Assembly: GCA_051530055.1 (NCBI GenBank)
Contig: CM121343.1
Coordinates: 7,038,389 to 7,102,388, forward strand
Reading direction: 5' to 3'
Source of the DNA: Neoechinorhynchus agilis
Lineage: Eukaryota; Animalia; Acanthocephala
Length of the DNA: 64,000 bases
Both the position numbers and the translations under genes were made by a program. This document shows positions 61,198 through 64,000 of the stretch, in pieces (position 1 is the first letter of the stretch; each line of letters begins with the position of its first letter). The notes under the pieces were generated by a model that made no database searches, was not told the DNA's origin, and saw nothing but the letters and a program-made list of their open reading frames with translations.

Positions 61198-61578
61198 ATG
61201 GCTAACGGTGATTTGTCTCATGACGAAATGGCTTGTATGTGCGCTTGTCTAATTCTGGTTGATGAAGATTCAAAGATCACGGCTGGTCGTATTTCTTCGG
61301 TCTTAAAGAGTGCAAATGTGAATGTTGAGCCGTTTTGGCCTAATTTGTTCGCTCGAGCGTTGGGTACCATGGAACCGGACCAACTCAAAAGATCAATAAT
61401 TTCTTCTCTAGTTTCAAGCGGAACGTCAGCTCAGTCGCTTTCGAAAACGGCCCACGGCCATCCGAATACGAGTGCTGGTGTGGTTGAACAAACTGCAGCA
61501 CCGGTTGCAGTCGATGTTGAACCTGATTCCGATTCTAGTGATGCAGATTTGGACATGGGTTTCTCTATATTTGATTAA
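61198..61578 (+). CDS. RPLP1: 60S acidic ribosomal protein P1
   Basis: EMACM.ACLIL.DE, ANVNVEPFWPNLFARAL, acidic tail ending DMGFSIFD. Confidence 0.92.
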   Translation: MANGDLSHDEMACMCACLILVDEDSKITAGRISSVLKSANVNVEPFWPNLFARALGTMEPDQLKRSIISSLVSSGTSAQSLSKTAHGHPNTSAGVVEQTAAPVAVDVEPDSDSSDADLDMGFSIFD

Positions 61579-61645
61579 AAATGTTTTTTTCATTCTACTG
61601 AAATGTTTTTGCACTCTATTTGGCTAAAAAAGTATAATTTTTTAG

Positions 61646-61990
61646 ATGACTGAAGTAATTGAGACCGAGATCCGGACTTATATGAATGCTCTCTTTGTTA
61701 TTCATGCTGCTCACAAAGAAATCAATCCACAAAACCTTGCTAAAGTTTTGACTGCGGCGGGAGTAGCGACCAATGTGGCTCTAGTGGAAGCCTACGCTCG
61801 TGCATTCAATTCGGCGGATATTGAAGCGATGACTGTGCATACTCCACAACAAACCTCCCAGGCTCCAGTTTTTACTGGTGCCGATGTGAAACAAGTTGAT
61901 GTTCCTCAAGAAGCTCCTAAAGAAGCGGAAACTAAAAATGATTCTGATGATGACGACGATGATATTGGATTCGGATTGTTCGATGATTAA
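61646..61990 (+). CDS. Divergent acidic ribosomal stalk P protein (P1/P2 family)
   Basis: YMNALFVIH..KEINPQNL.KVL.AAGV N-domain, Ala/Pro/Gln linker, DDDDIGFGLFDD tail. Confidence 0.85.
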   Translation: MTEVIETEIRTYMNALFVIHAAHKEINPQNLAKVLTAAGVATNVALVEAYARAFNSADIEAMTVHTPQQTSQAPVFTGADVKQVDVPQEAPKEAETKNDSDDDDDDIGFGLFDD

Positions 61991-62289
61991 ACAAACGGTA
62001 TTTTGCCACAATCACATAAGATCGAGTGTCAATATTTTTTTACGAACTCCAATGCCTAAAATCCAACGAATTTTTCATGATCTATTATTGGAAGCACATT
62101 AATCGTGGGTTTGAAAATAATCCATGAATCTTCTTTACGGCGCGAAAAATATCCTTTTTTGATACGTACACCATATACGATTGGGATTTTACGGATAATC
62201 TTTTCAAATAGACATAGAACACTGGATGATTTCATCTTCGTGTAGAGAGATAAGGAAACTTTCCGCTAAACTCAAACGAATATAATAAT

Positions 62290-63700
62290 ACGTTTATTGT
62301 TAAAAAATACAAAGAATAGGAGCACCCATGTACCTTTGGATCCTCATAAGCATGCTCCAAGTCGGGGATGTCCGTTCGTGTGGTTATATTTGGTCGGGGC
62401 AAAACAAAGCTGAAGTAAAATTTGTAGAGATCGGGTGAAGAGATTCCTAAATGTCAGAGACGTTTGAGGAGATAAGTTTTAAAGGTGTTGTGCTTGAGGG
62501 GAAAGGGTGATGTGCGAGTCCCATTTCAAGTTTGATTGAAATTGGATACCCAGAATCCTTAGGGAAGTTATTCGTAGGATGTCATTTAGAAGCTCAGGGA
62601 ATGATGTGCGGTTCCAGGAGAGAGGGGATCATTTCGAAGCATTTAGAGAAATTCAGGTGGAGTTTGTGATTGGTGCCGAAATCTTTTGTGTGATTTCGTT
62701 AGAGGTTAGGGCGAGGTGGTGAATGGGTGATGAGGGTGATATCGTCGGCGTACGGGAGGAATTTAGAGTGAGAGGAGAGAGGTTTAAAGTCGTTTAGCAA
62801 AATATTAAAGAAAAGTGGTGACAGCACAGCACCTTGAGGTACGCCTTTGGTGCGGGATAGACAGATTGAGGAGGTAGAAGAGCAGTGAATGTATTGTTTG
62901 CGATTGTGAAGATAAAATTCGAGCCCGCGGATCTCCCACAAGTTGAGACCAAAATCGGAGCAGGAATGAATGGTCCACTGAGTCGAAATCTTTAGATAAA
63001 TCACGTTGAATGAGACGGGTGACGTAGGAGAGATTATGGTCGAGGTTGCGTAGGAGCGTGTCATAAATGCAAAGTAGGACATCGGCTGCAGAAAATTTGG
63101 GCCGGAAGCCAAATTGTAGGGGCGATAACGTTTCGTGGAGAAGTGAAAGAAGGCGAGATTTAAAACATTTTTCGATGATTTTTGAAAGACCGGGTGGAAT
63201 GGAAATTGGACGGAATGATTCAGCCGAAACGGGATGCCCTTTTTTTGGAACGAGTAAAACTTTGGCAGTTTTGAGGCATGAGGGGTTGATGCCATATAAA
63301 AAGCTGCTATTTATAATGAGGGTGAGAGGGTCGATAAGTTCGGAGATGTTGTAGCCAAGAGCATAGTTTGGAATTTCGGATTGAGAGGACGAAATTCGAG
63401 ATGCCCGAACGAATTTTAGAGGAAAAGAAGTTTTTTCGGCCAACAAGCATTTTGTTAGATAGTACGGGGATAGTCAGGGGATTGATTGAGAAAGGCAGTA
63501 GATTATTAATTTTGAAGGCGTTTAAAGATGGGGGTTATCCATGGAGGGTCGCCCTTGGAGATCCTAATGAATTTCTTGAGAATTGCCGAAGTTAGGGATT
63601 TTTTTATGATTGAGGTTAGGGACGACATTGCCAAGGAAGGGTCATTTGTGTTGTCAGAGTAGAATGTGCGAATATTAGAGTTGAACAATTTTAGAAAATG
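62290..63700 (-). mobile_element. APE-type LINE remnant with RT core
   Basis: KTAKVLLVPKK, FRPISI..LSKIIE, QFGFR, DLSKDFDSVDH, GVPQGAVLSP..FNI, YADD; frameshifted; 3' stem-loop at about 62315. Confidence 0.9.
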
Positions 63701-63719
63701 TTAAGCCTGCAAAAAATAA

Positions 63720-64000
63720 CCACTAATTCCCACCGGAACGCAACCCAACCGGATATTCTCAAACGAACGGACACTTTTCTCGGCCGAAAGAGCCTCGGTC
63801 ATGTTTTATTGCCACACGTTGTGGGCGTGTGGCAATAAAACATGACAACCTTCCCCGGCTATATAGTCCCACCCTAATAGACATCCCTTCGACCAGATAT
63901 TACCACCTGAATGGACATCCCTCATACCAGATATTCCCATCTTAACGGATGCGCTTTTTTTAACAATTGTGAACTCGAATGCATATAAGGACCCAAAGGT
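63720..64000 (+). mobile_element. 3' end of another LINE copy with degenerate minisatellite monomers
   Basis: GAACGGACA/GGACATCC/ACCAGATATT motifs, then AACTCGAATGC..AAGGACCCAAAGGT terminus. Confidence 0.6.

Overview
AT-rich eukaryotic DNA from an invertebrate animal with very short introns (mostly about 35-60 nt). The taxon cannot be fixed from the sequence; the ORF track uses TTG/GTG starts and ignores introns, so gene models were rebuilt by eye. Recognisable genes: rapsyn, non-muscle myosin II heavy chain, EIPR1/TSSC1, an acid ceramidase/NAAA-like protein lacking its catalytic Cys, an LRR surface protein, DCAF6, QSOX, a REEP, an uncharacterised multi-exon secreted-type protein, a GGPP-synthase paralogue with degenerate IPP-binding motifs, an EF-hand protein and two tandem acidic ribosomal P proteins. 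Between genes lie four satellites (about 145, 154, 134 and 175 bp), two minisatellites (18 and 33 bp), a 4 x 509 bp duplication, four CRE-clade retroelement copies, several APE-type LINE remnants, an RTE remnant, a tRNA-derived SINE and three foldback/MITE families. Best leads: a possible GGPPS-derived terpene synthase, minisatellites seeded from a LINE 3'UTR, a satellite repeatedly rearranged at an 18-bp palindrome, a dead ceramidase, a twin-primed CRE insertion and an operon-like P-protein pair. No database search could be run, so all homology calls rest on recalled motifs.
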